Below the pieces are notes generated by a model. The model was not told where the DNA came from. It did no database searches and saw nothing but the letters and a program-made list of their open reading frames with translations. Shown here piece after piece: positions 7,692 to 15,443 of a stretch of 32,000 nt of DNA. Source of the stretch: an uncultured Chloroflexia bacterium (GTDB lineage Bacteria; Chloroflexota; Ktedonobacteria; Ktedonobacterales; JADMIN01); assembly GCA_963718915.1 (NCBI GenBank), contig CAVRAI010000014.1:211033-243032 (forward strand), written 5' to 3'. The position numbers and the translations under genes are program-made. How positions within the stretch are numbered: the first letter of the stretch is position 1; every line of letters begins with the position of its first letter.

Positions 7692-7829
7692 ATGTGCGAC
7701 GGACACGGGCATTGCGGTGGGGCGAGCAGACCGGAGCGTTCACGCTACGGCGAATTTCCTGGCCCCATTTGCTGGCAGGCTCCGGCGCGCTCGCCTCAGC
7801 ACACTGTACGGCGTTACTGCTAAAACTAC
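7692..7829. repeat. MITE-like element, copy A (75-nt conserved core plus an imperfect terminal inverted repeat)
   Basis: The core at 7692-7766 is about 89% identical to 17888-17961. Ends are gtcgttatag and ctaaaactac, which are 8/10 complementary. Confidence 0.7.
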
Positions 7830-7830
7830 A

Positions 7831-7997
7831 TAAACCGCGCCTGAAGGGCCTCGCCTGCTGCGCACGCTCCGCCACAAAACCCGCCTGCGCGGGTTGCAGA
7901 GGCTCGCTCGCCAGTCAGGTACGCCGTTGGGGGCAGGATCTGGGGAGTCCGCGTCGGCGGACTTCGTGGCCGCAGGCCCTCAAGGTGCGGTTTTAAC
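7831..7997. repeat. Inverted pair of the TAAACCGCGCCTGAAGGGCC family flanking about 70 nt
   Basis: 7831-7902 is copy 2 of the 6413 family. 7971-7997 (gcaggccctcaaggtgcggttttaacc) is a degenerate reverse-complement copy of its left end. Confidence 0.7.
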
Positions 7998-8061
7998 CGC
8001 CCGCGTACCCGCGCGGTGTCCCTGGTATTCTGTAAAACCACATCAGTCGCCAGCGTCCGTG

Positions 8062-8358
8062 GAAAATACGAGAGGGGCGGTGATCTACCGCCCCAACAAG
8101 TATTTATGTGGAGAAACAGCCTCCACCAACATCGAAGAGAAACAGCCTCTTCGTGTTGAGCGCCGCCAAGCAGAAAACAGCCTGCTCATCCGGCGATGCA
8201 CGGCAGAAAACAGCCTGCCCGCATTTCCACCGACACCGAAAAACAGCTCGTTGCCAATGGGAGTGATCTGACTCCGACTAACCCTCTTCATCAGATCGGT
8301 GATGGGGATAGTATACCCGCGCATTTGCCGGAAGTCCAATATATGTTTGTGAGGTTAC
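8062..8358 (-). ncRNA. Candidate novel ~300-nt ncRNA carrying five tandem hairpins with a conserved GCUGUUU(U) loop
   Basis: Bounded by the promoter at 8365-8394 and a terminator hairpin GGGGCGG-uagauca-CCGCCCC (8074-8094) followed by UCUCGUAUUUUCC. The hairpins lie at 8108-8126, 8134-8154, 8169-8186, 8202-8219 and 8234-8253. The only ORF (8085-8339) starts at TTG and reads the repeat in three different frames. Confidence 0.5.
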
Positions 8359-8364
8359 TCATAA

Positions 8365-8394
8365 ATTATAGTTAATGACTGTGGTGTATAGCAA
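8365..8394 (-). promoter_or_regulatory. Sigma-70-type promoter reading leftward into the hairpin array
   Basis: The minus strand reads TTGCTA (8394-8389), an 18-nt spacer, then a perfect TATAAT (8370-8365), inside the most AT-rich patch of the region. Confidence 0.45.
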
Positions 8395-8407
8395 GCGTTC
8401 TGCTATG

Positions 8408-8436
8408 TTGTCAATGCGCTGCTGCTGTGATATGCT
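8408..8436 (+). promoter_or_regulatory. Possible sigma-70-type promoter for the histidine kinase gene
   Basis: TTGTCA-N17-TATGCT, about 165 nt upstream of ATG 8603. Confidence 0.3.
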
Positions 8437-8602
8437 GAACCGGCATTTCACGCCACGCTACGCGCTTCGTCACTGGCTCGATTCCTGTATGATCTGGCGC
8501 TCACTGAATACGGCAATCTGGCGCATCGCGTCATCCTGTGGGGTAGCGTCTAGTTCAAGCGGTTCAGGCGCGCGGAGACGCAGCGAGAGAAGATAGTTAA
8601 GC

Positions 8603-11272
8603 ATGCCATCTCGATCATCCCAGCCACCCAAAACATCCACCGGATCACCACCAGACGATGCGCCCGACGCCTCGGGGCGCGAGCACGCCCGTCCGGACGA
8701 CGCCCTGAGCGACATCGATATCGCGCGCCTCTATCAGGACGCCCTTGCGGGTGCGCTCAAACTCGTCGGCGCCGACGGTGGCGAGCTGGCAATGCTCGAT
8801 CCCCAGCGCCGGGTGATGGCCGTCCGCGCGCGTCTGCGGGGTGAGCCGGGCGCGTCTGGCAGTGGCTCGGCATTCGGCGCGCCCGCGCGCTCATCGCAGC
8901 CCCTCGCGTATAGCAGCGTCCGCTACGATCCATCACGCGCGCCCGCGCCACAGCCCGCCGATGACGATCCTGAGTTGGGCGAGCAGCCGACTGTCCTGCT
9001 TGCGGCGATCCCCACCGCGCGTGTCTACCGTCAGAGTGAGGGGCTGGTAGGCGCCGTCTGGCAGCGCGCCGATGTCATTGTGTTACGCGGCGAGGAATTT
9101 CGCGTGCTCGCCCACGGCACTGGCGCTCCCGGCGCCGAGGCGCACTGGCATGTCGGGGTGCCAATCTACCGCCCCGGCGCGCTTGATGTCATTCCGCCAA
9201 TTGGGAACAACGGCGACATCATCGGGGTGCTTGCGGTCTATTCGGATGGGTCGCGTGGGTTCAGCGCGCGTGATGTCGAGATGCTCCGTCTGCATGCCGA
9301 CCGGGTAAGCCGTCACCTGCGCATCGCCGAGCTGGCGCGCCAGGGCCAGAGCCAGAGCGAGTTGCTTGAGGTGCTCTGGAGCGACACGCAGGACCTGCCC
9401 GCGCTGTACCAGCGGATTCGCGATCTCGTGCGTCATCTGATCGATGCGCCGTCATTTGGGCTGATTCTCTACAATGCCCAGACGAGGGAGGCGACGCTCG
9501 AGGTCGCCGAGCGTGATGGAACGCCAATTGCCCCGCCTGCCCGCCGCGCCTCGACGCTGCCCGCCTGGTGGAATGCGGTGGGCGCCGGTCAGGTAGTGCG
9601 TAGCATCAGCGCAGAGGAACGCGCCGCCCATCCCGAATTCAGCCAGTTGGGCTGGGGCGACGATATGCCGGTAGTCTCACTGCTGGCGGCGCCGCTCATC
9701 AGTGGCCAGAAGTTCCTGGGAGCGCTGGTGGTCGCCAGCCCACAGGCGGAGGCATATAGCCCTGAGCAGGCGCAACTGTTCGAGTCCATCGCGCGCGCGG
9801 GCGCGGTCGTGCTGGAGAACACGCGGCTGGCGTTTGAGACGCGCGACAACGCCGCCCGTAATCAGGCGAAGGCGTACCAGATGGCCGCCCTCAACAATGC
9901 GGCCCTGACCATCAATGCGTCCCTCGACCTCGGTACGACTGTGCAGGCGCTGGCCGATCAGGCGTCACATCTGGCGACCGCCGAAATCTGCTCGGTCTTC
10001 CTCCTCAATGAGGAGCGTACTCACCTGGTGATGAGCGCCACCAGTCTTCCTCGCGATCCGCAGGCGCCACCGCCGATACCCACCCAGGCGCCACTGACTT
10101 GGCATGATGTGGGTCAGGTCCTCAAGAGCGGGCAGTTTAGCGTCATGGATCACCTTGACGAGGACTGGGAGGACGCCACCATTATCGGGGGTCTGCTGAG
10201 AGAATATCAGGTCTATAGCGGACTCCTTGTGCCGATTGCGCATCGCGCCGCCGACAGCAGGCAACCGGGAACCTCAGGCACGTTTAGCAGCGAAGGGCCA
10301 CAGGAGCGTGATGAGCTGCTTGGCGCGCTCTTTGTCTTTACGCCTGGTCAGCGCCACCACTTCTGGCCGACGGAAATCGGGCTGTTACAGGGGTTGGCCA
10401 GCCAGGCGGGCGCCGCCATCAGCAATGCCCGGCTCTACCAGAATCTCAAAGACGCGAAGGAAGGGCTGGAAGAGGTGGATAGGCTCAAGAATGACTTCAT
10501 CCTGACCATCTCGCATGAGTTTCGCACCCCGCTCACGACGATCAATGGCTACATCAGCCTGATTACGCGCCACGGCGAGAAGCTGGAGCCGGAGAAGTTG
10601 AACCAGTTTGGCGGCGAGATTCAGCTGGCCACCGATAAGCTGGCGGGGATGATTGGCATGCTGGCGGATGCGAGTATGCTGGAGGAGCGCGGGCTGGATG
10701 TGCATATCGAGCCGGTGAGCCTGCGGGCGATGGCGGAGCGGGCAGTGGCGGGGCTGACCGAAGACCTCAAGGGGCGCATCGCGATCGATATTCCAGCGGA
10801 TATGTGGGTGCTGGCGGATGCCGAGCGCCTGCCGATGGTCATCTCGAACCTGCTGACGAACGCGGGCAAGTATGCGCCTGGCTCTCCCTATCGCCTGGCC
10901 GTGCGGCGCGAGCAGCGCGAGCGGTTGCAGCAGAAGGGCAGGCTGGTTGGCAGGAAGGAAGCGGATGGCAAAGACGCCCGCAACAACGAGACGGTTACGC
11001 GTACCATCCGCGCCCACGAACAGTGGCTGGTGGCCCATGTGATAGATTCTGGCCCGGGAGTTGCCAGCGAGGAGCTGGATCGTATCTTCGCCCGGTTTGT
11101 ACGCACCCCCCAGTCGCTCACCACTCCCGTGCGCGGGACAGGCCTGGGGTTGTGGATTTGCCGCGAGTATATCGAGGCGATGGGCGGTAATATCTGGGTC
11201 GAGAGTTCCATTGGCAGCGGCTCAGACTTCCAGTTCTGCCTACCAGAGACCGCGCCTCCACAGACGCCCTGA
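8603..11272 (+). CDS. Multi-GAF sensor histidine kinase
   Basis: 889 aa. Three GAF-like blocks are followed by the H-box ISHEFRTPLTTINGY, the N-box NLLTNAGKYAP, and G-boxes DSGPGV / GTGLGLWICREYIEAMGG. Confidence 0.9.
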   Translation: MPSRSSQPPKTSTGSPPDDAPDASGREHARPDDALSDIDIARLYQDALAGALKLVGADGGELAMLDPQRRVMAVRARLRGEPGASGSGSAFGAPARSSQPLAYSSVRYDPSRAPAPQPADDDPELGEQPTVLLAAIPTARVYRQSEGLVGAVWQRADVIVLRGEEFRVLAHGTGAPGAEAHWHVGVPIYRPGALDVIPPIGNNGDIIGVLAVYSDGSRGFSARDVEMLRLHADRVSRHLRIAELARQGQSQSELLEVLWSDTQDLPALYQRIRDLVRHLIDAPSFGLILYNAQTREATLEVAERDGTPIAPPARRASTLPAWWNAVGAGQVVRSISAEERAAHPEFSQLGWGDDMPVVSLLAAPLISGQKFLGALVVASPQAEAYSPEQAQLFESIARAGAVVLENTRLAFETRDNAARNQAKAYQMAALNNAALTINASLDLGTTVQALADQASHLATAEICSVFLLNEERTHLVMSATSLPRDPQAPPPIPTQAPLTWHDVGQVLKSGQFSVMDHLDEDWEDATIIGGLLREYQVYSGLLVPIAHRAADSRQPGTSGTFSSEGPQERDELLGALFVFTPGQRHHFWPTEIGLLQGLASQAGAAISNARLYQNLKDAKEGLEEVDRLKNDFILTISHEFRTPLTTINGYISLITRHGEKLEPEKLNQFGGEIQLATDKLAGMIGMLADASMLEERGLDVHIEPVSLRAMAERAVAGLTEDLKGRIAIDIPADMWVLADAERLPMVISNLLTNAGKYAPGSPYRLAVRREQRERLQQKGRLVGRKEADGKDARNNETVTRTIRAHEQWLVAHVIDSGPGVASEELDRIFARFVRTPQSLTTPVRGTGLGLWICREYIEAMGGNIWVESSIGSGSDFQFCLPETAPPQTP

Positions 11273-11407
11273 TATTTGCCTGGCACGCTATACTGAAGCA
11301 GGGCGCTGAAACGCGAGCGGATGATGTCGCCGCCGCTTCAGCGGGAGAGACGCGCGTACTCATAACGCATATATGCAGCACACGTGTATAGAGAAAGAGG
11401 ATGACGC

Positions 11408-11776
11408 ATGCCACACGCGCCAACAGTATTGATCGTGGATGACGACCCAGCGATCCGCAAGTTGCTGGTCGAGGTGCTATCGCTGGAGGGCTATCCGACG
11501 GAAACAGCAGTCAATGGGCGCGAGGCGCTGGACCTGATAGCACGCGGTGGCGCGCGGGTGATCCTGCTCGACTTGATGATGCCTGTACTGGATGGCCGTG
11601 GTGTGATGACGGAGCTACAGGCCAATCCAGCGGAGCGTGGCCGCCACAAGGTGATTCTGGTGTCAGCGATCGGCTTTCTGGAAGGCGCGCGCGACCTGGA
11701 GGCGGATGGCGTGCTGGCCAAACCGTTTACGGTTGAGCAACTGTTGAATGTGCTGGAAACGGCCACCACGCCCTAA
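11408..11776 (+). CDS. Single-domain response regulator (CheY-like receiver)
   Basis: VLIVDDDPAIRKLL..LLDLMMPVLDG..VSA..KPF. SD AAGAGGA lies before ATG 11408. Confidence 0.9.
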   Translation: MPHAPTVLIVDDDPAIRKLLVEVLSLEGYPTETAVNGREALDLIARGGARVILLDLMMPVLDGRGVMTELQANPAERGRHKVILVSAIGFLEGARDLEADGVLAKPFTVEQLLNVLETATTP

Positions 11777-11827
11777 GTTCTCCCGTACCGCGTGCTGGGG
11801 GCGCGCCTGCCGGAAGCCCAAAGGCCC

Positions 11828-11985
11828 CGGCGAATGGGCCTGAGTGGCGGAAATTCGCCGTAGCATTTATGCTACGGTCTGCCTCGCCCGCCGCCACGCG
11901 CGGGGTTCGGAGGAATCAGTGAACGTTCATCAGGCTCCGGCGAATCCAGCTATCTTGTCCATTCGCCGGAGCGTTGACGCTCCGG
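11828..11985. repeat. Two tandem composite two-hairpin REP-like modules
   Basis: Module 1: CGGCGAAT(11828)..ATTCGCCG(11860) overlaps CCGTAGCA-ttta-TGCTACGG (11858-11877). Module 2: CCGGCGAAT(11937)..ATTCGCCGG(11969) overlaps CCGGAGCG-ttga-CGCTCCGG (11966-11985). Confidence 0.8.
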
Positions 11986-12026
11986 CTTGCCTATCCACCA
12001 GCGACCCAGCCTGATTCGTATCAGAC

Positions 12027-12050
12027 GTAGCATGGTAGCATGGTAGCATG
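12027..12050. repeat. Octanucleotide tandem repeat (GTAGCATG)x3
   Basis: Read directly. It lies 9 nt downstream of the stop codon of the minus-strand gene 12059-13006. Confidence 0.9.
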
Positions 12051-12058
12051 AGCCGAGG

Positions 12059-13006
12059 TTAATCCGCGTCGACGATCATTGGATTGCGGATAATCGGCGC
12101 TTTGCCAGTCCGCGAGCTGATCGATGGCGCACCGCCGCCACCGCCGCCACCGCCGAAGCCGCCCGCGCGTGGCGCCTGGGGCTGTTCGCCTGATTCGACC
12201 ATAATCATGCCCTGGCGTAGCATATCGAGGTCGCGCAGGAAGCATGCGACCGCGCTGGCCGCCGAGCCTTTCGACTGGGAATTATCGTAGCGGCGCGCGG
12301 TATTATCGGGGGCGTTTGGGCCTGCTGCGCTGAAGGAATCGGTATAGATCTGTTCCCAGCCGTTCCAGCGTCCGCGCAGTGGTTTCCAGCCGAGCTGGCT
12401 GTCGCTGACCGCGCGCCACTTCTCCTCGGTGAAGGCCATCCAGTCTTCGATCAGCCGCGAGTAGGTGGCGAGCATGTCGCGCAATTCCTCGGAGCGCTCA
12501 TCCAGCCGCATGCTTGGCACACCGCCGCGCCCGTAGTCATCATACTCACCATAATCGTCCTGCCCATAGCCGGGGCCGAGCGCTCCCTGGCCGTAGCCGG
12601 GGGCATATCCCCCCGCCAGACCCATGCCACCATAGGCAAGCTGGCCCTCGTGCAGCGAGCCATCCTCCGTGGTGAACATATCTGGGCGCAGGCCGCCGAT
12701 GATGATTTCCTCGGTGCCCATCGCATCCATCAGCCGCCATGCCAGCCGGGGATGGCGCATGGCCCAGAGTCCCTTGCGCATAAGGTAGACGAACGAGAAG
12801 GCGAAATTCACGAGCAGCCAGATGGCGCCTTTGACCGCGATCCAGTTCAGCAGGCCAAACAGCGCCCATTCAGTCGGCGTGGCGTTTGAGCTGCCTTTCT
12901 CGATCACCGTCAGGATGATGGCGACGAGCAAGCTTGGGTCACGAATGGGATTAATCAGACCAAAAAGACGGGAGCCAAATCCTCGTTTCCGCTCGCCGTT
13001 CGCCAT
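12059..13006 (-). CDS. Hypothetical membrane protein with a Gly/Tyr-rich low-complexity segment and a C-terminal poly-Gly tract
   Basis: 315-aa ORF. SD GAGGGAG precedes ATG 13004-13006. Two hydrophobic helices lie near the N-terminus. It also contains YGGMGLAGGYAPGYGQGALGPGYGQDDYGEYDDYGRGG and GGFGGGGGGGGA. I recognise no family. Confidence 0.6.
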   Translation of the reverse strand: MANGERKRGFGSRLFGLINPIRDPSLLVAIILTVIEKGSSNATPTEWALFGLLNWIAVKGAIWLLVNFAFSFVYLMRKGLWAMRHPRLAWRLMDAMGTEEIIIGGLRPDMFTTEDGSLHEGQLAYGGMGLAGGYAPGYGQGALGPGYGQDDYGEYDDYGRGGVPSMRLDERSEELRDMLATYSRLIEDWMAFTEEKWRAVSDSQLGWKPLRGRWNGWEQIYTDSFSAAGPNAPDNTARRYDNSQSKGSAASAVACFLRDLDMLRQGMIMVESGEQPQAPRAGGFGGGGGGGGAPSISSRTGKAPIIRNPMIVDAD

Positions 13007-13362
13007 TGCGTTCTCCCTCTGCTCTCACGCGCTATTCTGTGCCAAGCCGATAACACCGTTCACCGTGAGGCGAACTATCGGCCGTTCTCAAGACGTTATC
13101 GAGACTATCGAGACATGCCGCCGTTGCCGTGTGGAATGTGGATGGCTGAGGCGACCGTGTTTGTCCTGGCAAGTTCAGTATCACCGAGTTCTCAAAGCAG
13201 GCTATCTCACCAGCGAAAAGCGTCAGGCCAGTGCGGTGCGAAATGCCCAAAGACTATTTTCACACAGCGGTGTGAAACCAGCAATGACACTAGGCCATTC
13301 ATACCGCCCTCCGTGTATAAAACGTCCGCAGTGGGTGAATCGCTCAGTGGCATGTCGCGCTC

Positions 13363-14037
13363 TCAGCGTGGCGCGGCGCCATCGAGAAAGAAGCGCGCCA
13401 CCTGGATTGCTACCTGGCGATGCTCGTCGGGCGTGCGCGCGCTGTGGCCTCCCTGCGCGGTGAAGGCGTCGAGCAGACCGAACCAGGCGCGCACAAGGAA
13501 ATCGGCGTTGCCCTCCGCGATCGCGCCCAGGCGCATACCGTCGCGCATGAGTTGGGCGATGGGCGCCAGCATCTCGCGCGCATAGGTCTCGTGAACGCGC
13601 CGCCCGTGGGAGGCGCCCAGCAACTCGGTGGCGTCGCGCAGCATCGGCTCCATCGTCGCGTCGGCATACTGAAAGTAGCCCGCGGCCAGGTCTTCCAAGC
13701 GTTGCCGCGCGGTGGCGTCCGCCTCTGTTACCGAGCGAATGTAGCCGCCAACCTCCCGCATCAGGTCGCAGAGCACATCGGCATAGAGGCCTTCTTTATC
13801 GCCGAAGTGATAGTAAAGTGTTGGCTTGGTGACACCCGCCGCGCGGGCCACCTCGCCGACGGCCACATCGGCGAAACCACGTTGTATGAAGAGGCGACGT
13901 GCCGCCGTCAGAATCAATGTGCGTGTCTCCACCTCAGCGATGGGCGCGTCATTAGTGGGACGTCCGGGGCGACGGCGCGCGGCGCTGGCCACCGCTCCGG
14001 GTAGGCTGGGCGCTGGAATCTCGTTGTTTTCTAACAT
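13363..14037 (-). CDS. TetR/AcrR-family transcriptional regulator
   Basis: HTH block ILTAARRLFIQRGFADVAVGEVARAAGVTKPTLYYHFGDKEGLY. SD AGGAAA lies before ATG 14035-14037. Confidence 0.9.
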   Translation of the reverse strand: MLENNEIPAPSLPGAVASAARRRPGRPTNDAPIAEVETRTLILTAARRLFIQRGFADVAVGEVARAAGVTKPTLYYHFGDKEGLYADVLCDLMREVGGYIRSVTEADATARQRLEDLAAGYFQYADATMEPMLRDATELLGASHGRRVHETYAREMLAPIAQLMRDGMRLGAIAEGNADFLVRAWFGLLDAFTAQGGHSARTPDEHRQVAIQVARFFLDGAAPR

Positions 14038-14115
14038 GGTTTCCTGACTTCATGCCAGGGGCGGGCATGCGCGCGGTCGGTTCGTCGGGAACGGTTCGCC
14101 GCTCCTTCTGTCGAG

Positions 14116-14129
14116 AATAGTATACAATT
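14116..14129. promoter_or_regulatory. Candidate TetR operator (imperfect 14-bp palindrome) in the divergent promoter region
   Basis: AATaGTATACaATT is centred on GTATAC, between the divergent TetR and oxidase genes. A second inverted repeat, CATGCC-N7-GGCATG, lies at 14051-14069. Confidence 0.3.
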
Positions 14130-14173
14130 GCCTCAGGCGGCATGCTATTGAGCGCAAGATCGGAGGCCTGGGC

Positions 14174-15253
14174 GTGGAGCCTATCAATATCGCCGAGTAT
14201 GAGGAACTGGCCGCTGAACGGCTGGCGCCGATCACCTGGGACTATTACCGTGGCGGCAGCGATGACGAGCAGACGCTCCGTGCCAATCGCGACGCATTCG
14301 GGCGCATCAAGCTGCGGCCGCGGGTGCTGGTGGACGTGAGCCGGATAGCGCTTGGGACGACCGTGCTGGGAATCACATTGCCTACCCCGTTGCTGGTCGC
14401 GCCGACGGCTTATCATGGGCTGGCGCACCCCGAGGGCGAGTGCGAGACGGCGCGCGGCGCGGGCGCGGCTGGTTCGCTGATGGTTGCGAGCACGATGTCA
14501 AACCGGTCGCTGGAGGAGGTTGTCGAAGCGGCAACCTGCCCGCTCTGGTTCCAGCTCTACGTCTATCGCGACCGCCAGGTGACAGAGCAGCTCGTGCGCC
14601 GGGCGGAGGCCGCGGGCTATCGCGCGCTCGTGCTGACGGTGGATACCGCGCGGCTTGGTCGGCGCGAACGCGATATCCGCAATGGATTTGGTCTGCCACC
14701 GCATCTGCACATGGGTAATTTCGAGGGCGCTGCCCACGAACAGCCTGGTCAGGAGCCAGGTCTTTCCGGCCTCGCGGTCTATGCGAATGCGCTGCTGGAT
14801 AGCTCGCTGACCTGGGAGGCGCTCGACTGGCTGCGCTCGATCACGACGCTGCCCATCGTCGTCAAGGGTATCCTGACGGCGGAAGACGCGAAGCTGGCGG
14901 TGGAGCATGGCGCGCGGGGAATCATTGTCTCGAATCACGGCGGGCGTCAACTTGATAGCGGGATGGCGACCATCGAGGCGCTTCCCGAAGTGGTCGCGGC
15001 GGCGCATGGAGGCGCGGAGGTCTATCTAGATGGCGGTATCCGCCGGGGAACGGATGCGCTCAAGGCGCTCTCGCTCGGCGCGCGGGCGGTGCTGCTAGGC
15101 CGACCGATCCTCTGGGGGCTGGCGGTCAGCGGGGAGCAGGGAGTCGCCCGCGTCCTGGAGTTGCTCAACGCCGAACTGGAGATGGCGATGGCGCTTGTGG
15201 GCAGCCCCTCGCTGGCCGCGCTCGGCCCGGAGTTGGTGCGCCTGCCAGTATAG
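14174..15253 (+). CDS. FMN-dependent alpha-hydroxy-acid oxidase/dehydrogenase (glycolate oxidase / L-lactate dehydrogenase family)
   Basis: 359 aa. Contains YYRGGSDDEQTLRANRDAF..LRPRVL, VVKGILTAEDA, SNHGGRQLD and DGGIRRGTD. GTG start at 14174 with GGAGG 7 nt upstream. Confidence 0.9.
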   Translation: MEPINIAEYEELAAERLAPITWDYYRGGSDDEQTLRANRDAFGRIKLRPRVLVDVSRIALGTTVLGITLPTPLLVAPTAYHGLAHPEGECETARGAGAAGSLMVASTMSNRSLEEVVEAATCPLWFQLYVYRDRQVTEQLVRRAEAAGYRALVLTVDTARLGRRERDIRNGFGLPPHLHMGNFEGAAHEQPGQEPGLSGLAVYANALLDSSLTWEALDWLRSITTLPIVVKGILTAEDAKLAVEHGARGIIVSNHGGRQLDSGMATIEALPEVVAAAHGGAEVYLDGGIRRGTDALKALSLGARAVLLGRPILWGLAVSGEQGVARVLELLNAELEMAMALVGSPSLAALGPELVRLPV

Positions 15254-15385
15254 CGGCAACCTCAACTTTCGGCGCGCATTTGTAGCATCGGTAGCTCAAG
15301 CACATCCGTCCGCCCAAACGGGGCGCGGGATATTGCGACATATACACCGCATGGTACACTGCTGAGTGAACACCGTGTAGCCTGT

Positions 15386-15409
15386 GTATGGTCTTGCGTA
15401 TGGTCTTGC
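15386..15409. repeat. 12-nt tandem duplication (GTATGGTCTTGC)x2
   Basis: Read directly in the leader upstream of the DUF4126-like gene. Confidence 0.85.
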
Positions 15410-15443
15410 GGCGTGTCATTTGGCGCGCAGGAGGAGATGACCC

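Noticed and set aside
7477-7875. 133-aa N-terminal extension of the PCD ORF (7129-7875), and likewise the extensions of osmC (to 7205) and rph (from 18003)
   Set aside because: The extensions lack homology, run through repeat elements, and bypass strong internal SD-plus-ATG combinations that give canonical-length proteins.
8108-8253. Regularly spaced repeats (33-nt period) that at first glance resemble a mini CRISPR array
   Set aside because: The conserved part is only about 12 nt, the units are about 18-21 nt with about 14-nt spacers, and the stem arms differ between units. No cas genes are nearby. None of this fits a CRISPR repeat-spacer architecture.
8085-8339. 84-aa ORF on the minus strand covering the hairpin array
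   Set aside because: It has a TTG start without an SD. The repeated nucleotide motif is translated in three different frames (RLFSA, GCFSS, EAVSP), so conservation is at the nucleotide or structure level, not the protein level.
11281-11300. TGGCACG in ttgcctggcacgctatactg looked like a sigma-54 -24 element between the kinase and the response regulator
   Set aside because: The required TTGC -12 element is not present at the correct 4-5-nt spacing (the sequence there is gctatACTGA).
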